From the human T2T-CHM13v2.0 reference genome, Homo sapiens, in NCBI RefSeq assembly GCF_009914755.1, contig NC_060936.1: a stretch of DNA of 64,000 nt, one strand, 5' to 3'. Positions 14,563-27,979 of the stretch are shown piece after piece. The translations under genes and the position numbers were made by a program. The notes under the pieces are model-generated. The model saw only the letters and a list, made by a program, of their open reading frames with translations, was not told the origin of the DNA and did no database searches. Every line of letters starts with the position of its first letter. The first letter of the stretch is position 1.

Positions 14563-16233
14563 TGTCCAGTTACATTTCTACACGGTTGTCCTTGCTTCAA
14601 TCATGTCTATCCAATGAAGTCTCCATGAAAGGCTCAAGAGGAGAAAGTAAGGTGAGCTTCTGGACAGCTGAACTACTGGGAGCTTACAGGAAGGTGAACA
14701 GGAACTCATCCACATGCAGGGAGAGTGTTGCACCCCAACTCCACAGCAACAAAAGTTTCTACACACTCAGAACTCTTCCAGACCTTGCCCTATATATAAC
14801 TTCACCTGGCTGATTATTTGTGTCCTTTAAAATATGCTTTATAATTAACAGGTAAACGTAAGTGTTTCTTTGTGTTCTGTGTCCCATACTAGCAGATTAA
14901 TCAAACCCAAGAATAGGGTTGTGGGATCCCTGATTTATAGCTGGTAGGTCAAAAGCACAGGTAAAGCAATGGGGTTTGTGATTGGCATTGGAAGTTCAGG
15001 GGAGACAGTGTTGTGTGACTGAGTCCTCAATCTGTGGGAACTGAGGCTAACTCCAGGTAGATAGTGTCAGAATGAACTGGAGGACACCCAGCTGGTATCT
15101 GCTGCAGAATTGACTGCATGCTTAGTAGGTGAGGGCGAAACTCCCCAACCCTTTTGGTCACAGAAGTCTTCTATATTTGTGGTTGTGGTGTGAGAACAGA
15201 GGGGAAACAATTTGTCTTTTTTCCTCTGTGGGTATTATTCACACTATTACAATGTGGCATGAATAGCCTTCCAGTTGTCCCCAATAATTACTTTTCTTTT
15301 TATTTCTTAGTATTAGGATTTTTACTAAATAAAGACTGTATTACCCAACTTCCCTTATTCACAGGTAAAAACATAACAAAGCTTTGACTAATTTTGATGT
15401 AGGTAACTTTTGGACCATTCTCTTTAAAGAAAGAGGTAGACGATTTTCTTCTCCTATTCTTCCTGCTTATTGGTTGGAATGCAGATTAGATGGTAAGCCA
15501 TTTTAGACCAAGCAAATCACACAAGCCTCCAGGAATAGAAAAGGAAAAACAGAGAAGCATTTGTTCCTGGTGCCATCTTTGAACTGAGCTTTCATATAAA
15601 CTTGAATGTAAACATGAGAAAGTAACATCATGTTTAAATTACACTTTTTTGTGTTTTCTGTATATTCTCATTAATGAATATTTCAATTAATATGAAGATG
15701 TTTTCAGATGTCACAGGGAATTTTGTAAAGTTAGTGATGGAGCCTTTTATGGTCAGCAGGCTAATATAGAGGTAGTCATAATGACAAAAACAGTCAAAGT
15801 AGGATTTTTCTTAAACTGCATACTGCTGCATGACTTGTGAGTAATTTAGCTTTTCTAGGATTCAGGTATTTATCTACATCTAAAGAGTGGTTAAGTGAGT
15901 ATCTAGCATATGTGTCTTGGAGCCTATGTAGAATGATCTTACAGAAAATTTTAGTGTTTCCCTTTTCCTTCTTGAATAAATTAGAAGGAGAGACTTTACT
16001 AAAGAAAAATTGAATACCCCTATTTATAAAGAAATGGCTGTTTTTAAAAAATAATTTTGAATTTATCTCAGTATTTTAAATTAATTTGGTTAATAATAGT
16101 GTTTACATAGGTAACTTAAATATTTTTGAACTCATGGATTTTTTTTTATTTTTGGGTGTAAAATTCAGTTCATATAAACTTTCAAAGGTCCCATATTTAT
16201 GAGATTTATTCCATACTAAAGTTGTAGATAACA

Positions 16234-16266
16234 TATATATATGTGTGTGTGTGTGTGTGTATGTGG

Positions 16267-16298
<32 letters not shown>
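16234..16298. repeat. Compound (TA)/(TG)/(TA) microsatellite
   Basis: Read directly. Confidence 0.9.
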
Positions 16299-17143
16299 TT
16301 CTATTATGGCTGCTCACAAATATTTATAAAGCCCCTATTAAGTTAATGGCAGAGTAAAAAGCCATAGAATAACAACAGTACATATAATTTTAACAATAAC
16401 AACAACAAAAATCACTGGATTTTTCAATGTTACCATGTCACATAGCTTGAAAGAAAGTCAGGTAAGGCAAATGGCAATAATTCATTTTAAATTTTACTTA
16501 TCTCTTCAAAATTTTGTCAAATTAGACAAAAAAGATAATCTATTCCTAAAACCAGCTTATGTTTATTCACTTTTTTTCCTATAAGTTCTAAGAGAAGTTT
16601 TCAGTTTTTGGTTCTGATTGATGAGACAAAAGTAGAAAGAAGTCTTCACTTCACGTCTTGTGACATATTTCTAGCTTCCAGCACATTATAACATTAGCAA
16701 CATCTCCCAGAGAAATAAAGTTTTTGGAAGATAAAATATTATTGCACTTAGTTTTACTAGTTTCAAATATTTGCAACTAAAAAAACCATTTTGTTATTTA
16801 AGTACATGAAACATGAAAAATAGTTAACAGTCAAAAATAAGGCTAAAAATGAACCTACACTTGGAAAAGTGACATGGAAGAGTTCTAAGAAACAATTTGA
16901 TAATTTAAGACTTGTACAAGCGCTTACAAACATGTTTATGATTGCTGACTTCTTGAAAATATCATTTTTGTAAAACTGCATGTCCTGTATTGATAGTTAA
17001 TGCCATATTCTATATTATTATTAACATATTATTATATTATTATTGTGGAAAAATCTTTGCCCTTTAAGGGTATACTTTAATTTGGTGTCGTCTATTTAAA
17101 ACACAATGCAAGCAGAATAATACTCTTTTCAGTTGAAAAAATA

Positions 17144-17433
<290 letters not shown>

Positions 17434-17859
17434 AAGAGGTTGGGGACAAATTGTTCCTCCTCCATATTCTCAAACACACTATTTATATTTGTAGTAGAAA
17501 AATTATGGGGTTTCATTGTATACAATTTGGTATTCTTGGAAGATAGATAGGTAGATAATAGATAAATAGATATCAGTAGACAGAGATATTCTTTTTCTTT
17601 GTTCTTCTTGACAATAAACAATATCTGTTATTTACCATGATTTTTTCTATATTTCCAATACTTTTCAACTTATCCTAGACTCTAACATATAGTAGGCACT
17701 GGATTTATATACTGACTTTAAAAATTAATTTTATCTGGTTATAAAGACAAATCTAAAAGACTATTTCCTCAAGTATTTTGAGAAATTGCAGCATTACTGA
17801 TGGAATTTCTTTCTTTTAATGTGATTTTAAATTGCAAACTTTACTGAAGTAAGAAAAAG

Positions 17860-18100
17860 TGGAATTATTATTTATTGAGCATTTTCTCCCAGCTGACTCT
17901 GAACTAGGAACTACACATATAATCTTATTTTATAGTCTCACACTAAACTTCTGGGTTTAGGTAATATTAACTAACATGTTTTATGACAAAGCTGAAGCTC
18001 TGACATGTTAAATAACTTGTCTTACTTTATATTGGCCATGACTATCAAATTTGAATTCAACATTTCTTGATTCAATGCCCATTTTATTTCTGCTATATCA
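17860..18100 (-). mobile_element. MIR fragment
   Basis: atttattgagcatt...gctgaagctc...gttaaataacttgtc. Confidence 0.5.
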
Positions 18101-18186
18101 CTACTGTTATGGCATCTTTATTTAAAACAGCAATATGTTTTACTGAGTTATCAGTAGCACTTTCTTACATAAATGGTAAAGCTTAC

Positions 18187-18339
18187 CTTCCACCATTGAC
18201 ATTGATTATTATTATTTCCCATAACCTGCCCTAGGGAAAGTTTTCTTACAGGGAATGATGCTTTAATATATTTAGACAATGGTCTGTAACCATGTAACGC
18301 TGATGGAAGTCTCTGGAACCATTCCTGTAACACATTGTA
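18187..18339 (-). other. Candidate 153-nt exon (speculative)
   Basis: Acceptor atttttccttag|TAC and donor AAG|GTAAGC in non-repetitive DNA; open only in phase 0 (51 codons); no recognised homology. Confidence 0.25.
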
Positions 18340-19018
18340 CTAAGGAAAAATATATGCAAATACCCTGTTAGCAGCTTCTGTTTCCTTATAGAAAGCAAAT
18401 AATCTAATAGAATTTTTGCTAGGGCAGAAGTGGTGTACTCACTAGGATTACAGAAATGTCAACCACAAAGAAGACATAATTCCATATGACAGAACATCTC
18501 ATTCATTTTAGAAAGTAAGGGTCCCATCTGATGTTTTTTTTCTGAATTTTTACATTTAAATTATATGCCTCTATTAGAAATTAGGATCATTTTAAGTTTT
18601 TGAAATTTTCGCTCTTTTAAGAAGAGAAGTAATAGCAACACATGTAATATGTATGCATTTTTTAGGTATAGATTTTGGAAGGAAGCAGAGGAAGACTAAA
18701 ATCTCTCAAGCCATATTTTGCCACTGTTTTCCTGAAATACTTTTTATTGTCCTGGAAGAATGAAGATAGTTTGACTCCCAATGGGGACACTTTTATGATT
18801 GGTTGATCTGAAAGCATGCATATGGCAAGGACAGAATCTTAAATAAAATGTATTAAAAACATTAAGTTAGGCAGGATAGTTTTTGATAATAAAATACTGA
18901 AGCAATGAAATTCTGTAAAATTGTATATACTGGAAGAACTTGGATTGTGTATATGTGATATTGAGATAATCAAATATTACCGGAAATAATAATGAAGACT
19001 GTACATTAAAACCTTTCA

Positions 19019-19219
<201 letters not shown>

Positions 19220-19271
19220 TCAAAATGACAATAAAAATTACAAGACACTAAATTAATAAAGGCAAGTTTGC

Positions 19272-19682
19272 AGTATCAGGCTGAACAGTGACTTCCAAGT
19301 ATATCATATCCTAGTCGTAGACCTGGTACATGTTACTTGTATATGTCTTATAAGGAAAAAGGGTCTTTGCATATGTGACTAAGGATCTTGAGATGGGGAG
19401 ATTATCCTGGATTATACAAGAAAATTCTAAAGATGATTATTTTAAGAGCCCTAAGTATATTCTTATAAGAGGGAGGGAGAGGGAGACTTCACACACAGAA
19501 AAAGAGTAAGCAATGTGACCATGGAGGCAGAAATTAGAATTTCAAAGGCATAAGAGCTCTTTATAACCTAGTGGTACTAATTTTAAACTTCTGACCTCCA
19601 GTACTGTGATAGAAGGAATTTATATTGTTTCACACACTGAATTGGTGGTAATTTATAACAGCAGACACAGAAAACGAATACA
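19272..19682 (+). mobile_element. MLT1D-type MaLR LTR
   Basis: aaggatcttgagatggggagattatcctggattat; ends gaaaacgaataca. Confidence 0.85.
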
Positions 19683-20129
19683 CCCACATTTTAATAAAAA
19701 GAAAAGAAAAGTCTGATGTAAAAAACAATTATTGTTAGGAAGATTACCTAATGAATATAAAAGATGATTGATCATCTATGAAAGACTTATGGACTGCCTT
19801 TGAAAGTAAAAATAGATACTTTCTCTTAGTATCATATGGGAACATCAAATTTAATTCAGTTACAAATATAATGTGTAACTAAATGAGATAGGAAAGTAAT
19901 AATTTATTTTATGTGATTTGACTTCCTTGGATCTTCCTAGTAGAAAGACAGTAGGTTTAATTTTCCTTTAAAACTAGATATTCCATCTCTCAATCTTTAA
20001 AGGGGTGAAATTACATAAAAGAAACAAGAAAAAAAGTTTTCAGAAACTATGAAAGATTCCCCAGAATGCTTTTTATCAATAAAATTGAAGTATTTTAAAT
20101 GTTAATAGTAACATTTGGACTCCTATTCC

Positions 20130-20898
20130 AAATGGTGATGGACGTTCTTGCCAGTACAATAAGGCAAGAAATTAAGGGAGAAATAAAACTGTTCCTACTT
20201 GAAGATGGCATGTTTATCTACGTAAAATAATCCCAAGGAATCTAAAAAATGTTCCTAGAACTAATAAGTGAGTACAGAACAGTCAATAAACAGCAGAAGT
20301 CAATTATATTTTTATATGCCAGCAATGAACTAGTGGACACCAAAACTAAAAATAAAATACCACTTAGAAACAGTCATAAAAAATACTTAGGAGTACGTAT
20401 AAGAAGGCTTGCACCAGACTTGTATGCTGAAAACTACACAATACTGATAAAAGAAATAACTGAAGATCTAAAAAATGAAGGAGCACATTGGGTTTATGGA
20501 TCAATTGACTAAACGTAGTAAAGATTTCAACTCTCTCAACTTGAAATACAGTTGTAAAGCAATTCTTATCACAATTTCTGAATTGTTTTTTATATAAAAT
20601 TCATACAGTGAGACAAATAACCAAATGAGCTAAAACAATCTTGAAAAAGAATAAACAAATAGGTAGAATCAGTCTAACTGATTTACAGATATAATATATA
20701 GCTGCAGTAATCAAAGTGTGTGTTATTGCTGTAGGGATAGAAAATAGTTTGATGGACCAGAATAGAGACCCCAGAAATTAATTTACACAGATATATCCAG
20801 TTGATTTTTAATAGAGTTGCAAAGCAATTCAGTGAGGGAAAGACTGCCCTTCAACAAATGGTGCTGAAACAACTGGACATACATAGGTAATATGTATG

Positions 20899-20948
<50 letters not shown>

Positions 20949-21723
20949 AAAAATATATATTATATATAAATATATACAAATACATATTATATACAATTAT
21001 ATATAATTATTATATATATACAGTAATTTTTATATATATATAAAACTTTGACTTAAGTTTCACCTAGTAAACAAAAATTAACCCTAAATGGATCATAGAA
21101 TTAAATGTAAAATATAAAGCATAAGTAAAAATATTTAGCATCTAGAGCTAGTCAAAAAGTGCTTAGATGACAACAAAAGTATGATACAAATAAAAAATTG
21201 ATAAAATGGACTTCTGCCAAATTAAAACCTTTTGTCTTGTGAATTTCCTTATTAAGAGGGTGAAAAGACAACTTTCAAAGTGGAGAAAAATACTTGTAAA
21301 CTGTATATGTAATAAAAAGCTAATATCTAAAATATATGAAGAATTCTCAAAACTCAACAAAGGAAGACAATCTGATAAAACACAGCTAAAGATAGGAAGA
21401 GACATTTCACCAAAGATTATATGCAAATCGCAAGTAAGCACATGAAAAGTTGTTCAACATCATTAGCAATTTGGAAAATGCAAATTAAATCACTACATAT
21501 CTATATGTATTTTGTTTTTTAGCCATTTAGTGGAATGGCTAAAAGAAACAAACAAAAAAACAGTGACAATAGCAAAAGTTGGTGAGAATTCAGAAAAACT
21601 TGTCCATTCGTACATTGTTGCTGGTAATGTAAAATGGTACAACCACTCTGGAAATCAGTTTGGCAGTTTCTTTAAAAAAAAAAACTAAATGTGCAAATGC
21701 TATATAACTCAGCAACTATACTC
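20130..21723 (+). mobile_element. Old L1M ORF2 fragment (RT to C-terminus), decayed
   Basis: ORF pieces LELISEY...QKSIIFLY...LYAENY and DFCQIKTFC...WRKI resemble L1 ORF2p; ttcaacaaatggtgctg. Confidence 0.88.
20891..21042. repeat. (TA)21 at 20903-20944 plus AT low-complexity flank, inside L1
   Basis: Read directly. Confidence 0.95.
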
Positions 21724-22178
21724 TGTAAAGGATGAGATAAACTTTTTTATCTCTTCACACACTCAACACGCATACTTCTGTGACCAAATGTGTGAGGATA
21801 TTTTACACGTCAAGTAATTCTCCAGCAGACCCCAACTGGGTATCTTCCAGTTCAATTCAATTCTAATGCTATCTACCTGGAGATATGTCAGATCCATAGG
21901 TTGTGGGCTCAGTCCCATACGATTGTCCTCATTTTAGATGCCAGTTGCAAGTAGTAGGTTGTCACCTATACTTCTGACTGAGTGATTACAAACTGGGCTT
22001 CCCATGATTTCCCCTATGGATTGAATTAATTTGCCATGAAGTCTCGCAGAACTCAGGGACACATTTATTGGCATGATATAAAAGATTTTATAAAGAATAC
22101 AGATGAACAGCCAGGTGAAAAAGTACATAGGGTGAGATCTGCAAGGGTCCAAAATGCAGAAGTTTTTGTACCCATGGT
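21724..22178 (-). mobile_element. MER21 (C-type) LTR, partial
   Basis: acttctgtgaccaaatgtgtg, tatctacctggagat, gggctcagtccca, gcagaactcagggacac; reverse-homologous to about 14740-15220. Confidence 0.82.
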
Positions 22179-23043
22179 TAATATTTATCATTTTTCAACA
22201 TTGTGCTTTAAAATATGTAGTAGAATTGAGTATCCTTATCAACACTGTTTTCACAGAATATATAATCAAGCATCTTTGCTCAGTATTATAATTTCTGACA
22301 TTATATATTAAATTATAATGGAGAATGCAATAGAAGATTATACACGTTGTTAACCTGTAACTGAAGGGTGTAGTGAGAAAATGATTATATTATATTTAAT
22401 CATTCTTATTCTAAAAACAATGTTATGAGAATATTAGGTATGCAGACCTCACTATTTATGGGGAAAAAAAGAAAGTTTGGGTGAAGTTCTTATTTGCTTA
22501 GAAATGCATACTCTATTGTGGTTCAGTGGGATTAATGTCATTTTGAAGTGGAGGTTACTGGAGTAGAATATTACTTTTTTTTAAGTTTAATCAGTTTGCT
22601 GTGTGATTCAACAATCCCCTCAGGTGCAATTTGATTCAGTTTCATAAAACTGTTTATTCTGTATGAATTTGTGAATAAATCATACTCCTCGCTACTCTGT
22701 AAGGTTCATTTAGTACATACTCGGTAGAAAGACAACGTTTTTTCAAGAAGATGAAGACATATTGTAGCCTTATGTCAGCCATAAGGTTTAAACTCAACAC
22801 AGGAATTTATAGCTGCTTTTTCTTTTTAGAAGCACAGTCTAGTCAAGCATTAAATGTATAGTTAACAGATATCCAATAGTCACAAGAAAGTTGACAACTT
22901 AAATTACTTAGTTATAATGAAGATAAATAGCAATCTAAACATGGGTATATATTGCACCCTGCAATGCAATTGACTCTAATGTTGTTGCCAGGCAACTTCC
23001 TTGGATAGATTAAACATTCTTCCTGTAATTGATGGTATCAAGA

Positions 23044-23074
23044 CACACACACACACATACACGCACACACACAC
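23044..23074. repeat. (CA)n microsatellite, interrupted
   Basis: Read directly. Confidence 0.9.
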
Positions 23075-23406
23075 AACTGCAGAAATGACCAAATCTCTTG
23101 TGTTTTAAAAAATAGTGTCTTCATAAAATGTGTTTGAATGCACACATGGGTGACATCGAAATAAAATTCTATTTTGTAGTATGCTTCATTTTGTAAGTCT
23201 TTAATAAAAATATGACCCATCATAGATTTTCAATCACTCACAGTACATTTAAGGATTGAAATCAGCTATTTTCTGAGATGAATTGAGTGTTCTTAAGAGA
23301 TTTATATATGTGTTTGAGGAGATTTTGTGAAGCAAAAATTAATTAGAATGACGTAAAATAAATTTCTTATCATTTATATAACTGGAATAAATTGTTATTA
23401 CATAGT

Positions 23407-23409
<3 letters not shown>

Positions 23410-23481
<72 letters not shown>
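23410..23481. repeat. Compound (CT)16-17(TA)19 microsatellite
   Basis: Read directly; both arrays are perfect. Confidence 0.97.
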
Positions 23482-23483
<2 letters not shown>

Positions 23484-24399
23484 TTGCATATTGGGTACTT
23501 TTTAACTTTTCTAATTTTATTTTATATTTTTTAAATTTTATTTTTTGCTTCCCCAACTGGTTTCCCATACCTAGAGACTCTGTCTCTGAAATTCACATAC
23601 ACAAATACTATTGAAAGATTTATAATAATTTTTGGTAGGAAGGGACATATTTAAAAATTATGTAACATTTGTGACTCAGAAAAACAAGCTTGCTAACCTA
23701 TTTATTTTTCTCTTTGAATAGATTGATCTCATTATTTAATTGTTATCAAAAAGGAGAGATAGAACTTCTGTCTCCATTTTTCCAGAATAGTATGTCCAGC
23801 TATTCCCTTGTTCATTTTTAATGTCTTCTAAATAGTATATAACCTATTATTTAAGTTTTAGAAATGGTTCAAGTCTGTCTACGTTCAGTCACTCAATGAC
23901 TTTTTGTGAAGATCAGAAAAATTTTCTAGACATTTTCTTTCTGATTTATTTTCTTATGATGCCCCCAGAGTGTGTGTTGGTTGGGCTGGGGTAGCGTAGT
24001 AAGGAAACTAAATATCTAAGGCAGCAAGAAATTTCGAGAAAGAAAATTAATCTACTTTATTACACTTCTCTGTGAAGAACTCTAAATTCAACAGTACTCA
24101 TTCTATTTAGCTACTTTATATCTAGAAATTAGTTAATGAAAATACTAATACAAAGTAACTACAGGTTTATTCATTGGGCCAACCAAATTTTATCAAATAA
24201 ATGATATGTTTTAGGAATGGTAATAGGTGCTGAAAATAGTAATAATAAGAAGAATAATAGTATTCCACAATTAAAGCACTGAAAGAATTCAATGCCAAGA
24301 GCGTAATGATAATGCATTGGCATTTATAGAAGCTGTGAAAGTTTTCAGATTCAAAATGTAGTCACTAATATTAAAAACAAACAATCAAAAACCTGTGGC

Positions 24400-24618
24400 A
24401 ATTGGAGACACAGAAGGCCATGAAGTGTGCATTTTCATCTTTGTATGCTTGTTAACAAAAACTATTACAAAGGACTGCAAAAAAAAAGTTTGCACAAAAG
24501 ACATCACAACCTTACAGAAAAATTACTTCTACAAGGACTTCAGCCCAGCAACTACCTGTTCAATGTCAAAATGGAATTACCCTGATTATTGATCTTTGTA
24601 GCCAAGGATAATTATTTC
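24400..24618 (+). mobile_element. MER34-family ERV1 LTR fragment
   Basis: cccagcaactacctgttcaa...ttattgatctttgtagccaaggataattattt. Confidence 0.65.
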
Positions 24619-24770
24619 TGGTATGGTTTAGAATTGTGCCCCCACCCAAATCTCATGTCTGAATTGTAATCCCCAGTGTTGGAGGAGGGGCCTGGTGACA
24701 GGTGATTGGATCATGGAGGTGGACTTCTCCTTTGCTATTCTCATGATATTGAGTTATCACACAGCCTGGT

Positions 24771-25872
24771 TATCAGGAGAACCAGCCCCCAATTTTTCAA
24801 TGTAGGTATTTCGATTTTCCCTAAGTGTTGGCCGATCTGAGAAATAAAGAGAAAGAATACAAAGAGAGGAATTTTACAGCTGGGCCTCCAGGGGTGACAT
24901 CTCATATCAGTAGGTCTGTGATGTCTGCCTGAGCCGCAAAACCAGCAGGTTTTTATTAAGGACTTTAAAGGCGGAGGGGGTGTACGAACAGGGAGTAGGT
25001 CACAAAGATCACATGCTTTAAAGGGCAATAAAGATCACAAGGCAAAGGGCAAAGCAAAGATCACAAGGCAAAGGGCAAAATTAGAATTACTGATGAGGGA
25101 CTATGTTCGGCTGTGCACGTATTGTCTTGATAAACATCTTAAACAACTGAAAACAGGGTTTGAGAGCAGAGAACTGGTCTGAATTCACATTTACCAGGGC
25201 AGGATCTTTTCCCTACCCTAATAAGCCTGAGGGTACTGCAGGAGACCAGGGCATAATTCAGTTCTTATCTCAACCGCATAAGACAGACACTCCCAGAGCG
25301 GCCATTTATAGACCACCCCCTAGGAATGCATTCCTTCCGCAGGGTATTAATTATTAATATTCCTTGCTGGGAAAAGAATTAAGCGATATCTCTCCTAATT
25401 GCACATCCATTTATAGCCTCTCTGCAATAAGAAAAAATATGGCTCTATTCTGCCCGACCACACAGGCGGTCAGACCTTTGGTTGTCTTCCCTTGTTCCCT
25501 AAAATCGCTGTTATTCTGTTCGTTTTCAAGGTGCACTGATTTCATATTGTTCAAACACACATGTTTTACAATCAATTTGTAAAATAGTGGTCCTGAGGTG
25601 ACGTACATTCTCAGCTTACGAAGATAACAGGACTAAGAGATTAAAGTAAAGACAGGCATAAGAAATTATGAGAGTATTAATTTTGGGAACTGATAAATGT
25701 CCAGGAAATCTTCACAATTTATGTTCAGACATTGCAGTAAAGACAGGCGTAAGAAATTATAAAAGTATTAATTTTGGAAACTGATAAATGTCCATGAAAT
25801 ATTCACAATTTATGTTCCTCTGCTGTGGCTCCAGTTGGTCCCTCCATTCGGGGTCCCTGACTTCCCACAACA
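24771..25872 (-). mobile_element. MER11 (A/B) solo LTR of HERV-K11/HML-8
   Basis: Minus strand starts tgttgtgggaagtcagggaccccgaa and ends ggggctggttctcctgata; 1102 bp; perfect 6-bp TSD cctggt at 24765-24770 and 25873-25878. Confidence 0.95.
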
Positions 25873-26082
25873 CCTGGTTGTTTAAAAGTGTGTAGCACCT
25901 CCCACTTTGCTCTCCTCCTCTGCTCTGGCCATGTAAGATGTGTCAGCATCCACTTTACCTTCTGCCATAATTGTAAGTTTCCTGAGGCTTCCCCAGCCAT
26001 GCTTTCTGTGTAGCCTGTGGAACTGTTAGCTAATTAAACTTCTTTTATTTATAAATTACCTAGTATCAAGTAGTTCCTTATA

Positions 26083-26099
26083 TTATGTTGGTGTAAAAA
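26083..26099 (+). mobile_element. Putative MADE1/Hsmar1 terminal remnant
   Basis: 17-bp insert ttatgttggtgtaaaaa between duplicated TA; 14/16 identical to the Hsmar1 TIR start ttaggttggtgcaaaa. Confidence 0.6.
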
Positions 26100-26125
26100 T
26101 AGCAATGTGAGAATGGACTAATACA

Positions 26126-27748
26126 AAAAAAGGTAGTGGGAGTGAAGTTTTGTTATAAAGATACCTTAAAACGTGTAAGCAACTTTGGTACTGGGTAATG
26201 GACAGAGGTTGGAACAGTTTGGAGGACTAAGAAGAAGACAAGAAAATGAGGGAAAGTTTGGAAATTCCTAGATACTTATTAAATAATCGTGACCAAAATG
26301 CTGATAGTGATATGGATAGTGAAGCATTCTGAGGTGGTCTCAGTTGAAAATGAGAAACTTATTGAAAACTGGAGTAAAGACAACTCTTACTACGATTTTG
26401 CAAAGAGCTTGGCAGCATTGTGCCTCTGAACTAGGGGTTTGTGGAACTTTGAAATTTAGAGAGATGATTTAGGTTATCTGGTGTAAGAAATTTCTAAGCA
26501 ACAAAACATTCAAGATATATCCTGGCTACTTGTAGTAGCCTATGCTTATATTTTTTAGCAAAGAAATGAATTGGACCTAGAAATTATATTTAAAAGGGAA
26601 GCAGACTATAAAAGTGTGGAAAAATTGCAGCCTGGCCATGTAGTAGAAAAGAAAACCCCATTTTCTGGAGAGGAATTAAAATTGGCTGCAGAAATCTATA
26701 TAAGTAAAGAGGAGCTAAATGTTAGTAGCCAAGGCAATGGGTAAAGGGCCTCAGAGGTCTTCACACCAGACCCTCCCATCATAGGCCCGGAGGACTAGGA
26801 TTGAAGAATGGTTTTTCAGGCCAGACTCAGGGCCTCACTACTCTGTACAACCTTGGGACACCGCTCCCTGCATCTCAGCTGCTCCAACTCTAGCCATGGC
26901 TAACAGGGTCCCCAAAATTTCTCAGGCCACTGCTCCAAAGAGTGCCAGTCCTAAGGCCTGGTGGCTTCCACATGGTGTTAAGCCTGCAGGTGCACAGAGG
27001 ACGAGAGTTAAGGCTTAGGAGCCTCCACCTAGATGTCAGAAGATGTATCTATGTATGGAAACACCTGGATGTCTAGTCAGAAGCTTGTAGCAGGGTTGTA
27101 GCCCTCATGGAGAACCTCTACCAGGGCAGTGCAGAGGGAAAACGTGGGGTTGGAGGCCCCCCACAGATTCCCCACTGGGGCACTTCCTAGGGGAGCTGTG
27201 AGAAGAGGGCCACAATCCTTCAGACACCAGAATGGTATTTCCACCAGCAGCTTGCACCATGCACCTGGAAAAGCTGCAGGCACTCAATGTTAGCCCTTGA
27301 GAGCAGCCATAGGGGCTGAGCCATGTAGAACCAAAGAGACAGAGATGCCCAAAGTTTTGGGAGCCCAACTCTTGGTTCAGTGTGGCCTGGATGTTAGACA
27401 TGGAGTCAAAGGAGATTATTTTGGAGCTTTGAGATTTAATAATTGCCCTATTGAGTTTTGGATTTGCACAGGGCCTGTAGCCCCTTTGTTTTGGCTGATT
27501 TTTCTTTTTTGGAATGGGAGTATTTAACCAATGCCTGTACCCACATTGTATCTTGGAAGTAACTAAATTATTTTGATTTTACAAGATCATAGGTGGAAGG
27601 GACTTGCCTTGTCTCAGGTACAACTTTGGATTGCAGACTTCTGAGTTAATGCTGAAAGAAATTAAGACTTTAGGGGACTGTTTAGAAGGGACAATTGTAT
27701 TTTGCAATTTGAGAAGAACATGAGATTTGAGAGGGACCATGGACCAAA
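26126..27748 (+). mobile_element. MSTA-int MaLR internal region
   Basis: gaggttggaacagtttggagg, gaccaaaatgctgatagtgatatgga, catggagtcaaaggagattattttggagcttt. Confidence 0.93.
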
Positions 27749-27979
27749 TTATACAGTTTGTATTTGTGTCCCTACCCAAATCTCATGTATGAATTTTAAT
27801 CCTCAGTGTTAGAGAAGGGGCCTGGTGGAAGGTGATTGGATCATCAGGGTGGACTTCCTCCTTGAGGTTCTCACGATAGTGAGTGAGTTATCACAAGTTA
27901 TAAGAGTGAGTTATCTGGTTGATTAAAAGTTTGTAGTACCTCCCCCTTCACTCTCTTCCTCCTGCTCTGGCCATGTAAG
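27749..27979 (+). mobile_element. MSTA-type 3' LTR, 3'-truncated
   Basis: Direct repeat of the 5' LTR up to gctctggccatgtaag, then an abrupt end. Confidence 0.9.

Larger units (their letters stand above)
24619..26125 (+). mobile_element. MSTA-type MaLR 5' LTR, split by MER11
   Basis: tggtatggttt...cccaaatctcatg; ggtgattggatcatgg; tgtaagtttcctgaggc; ends ggactaataca. Confidence 0.92.

Noticed and set aside
25641-25815. Tandem repeat of about 78 bp (plus the aaagatcacaaggcaaagggc repeats near 25030) as a novel array or CRISPR
   Set aside because: These are intrinsic to the MER11 LTR; there are no unique spacers and the DNA is eukaryotic
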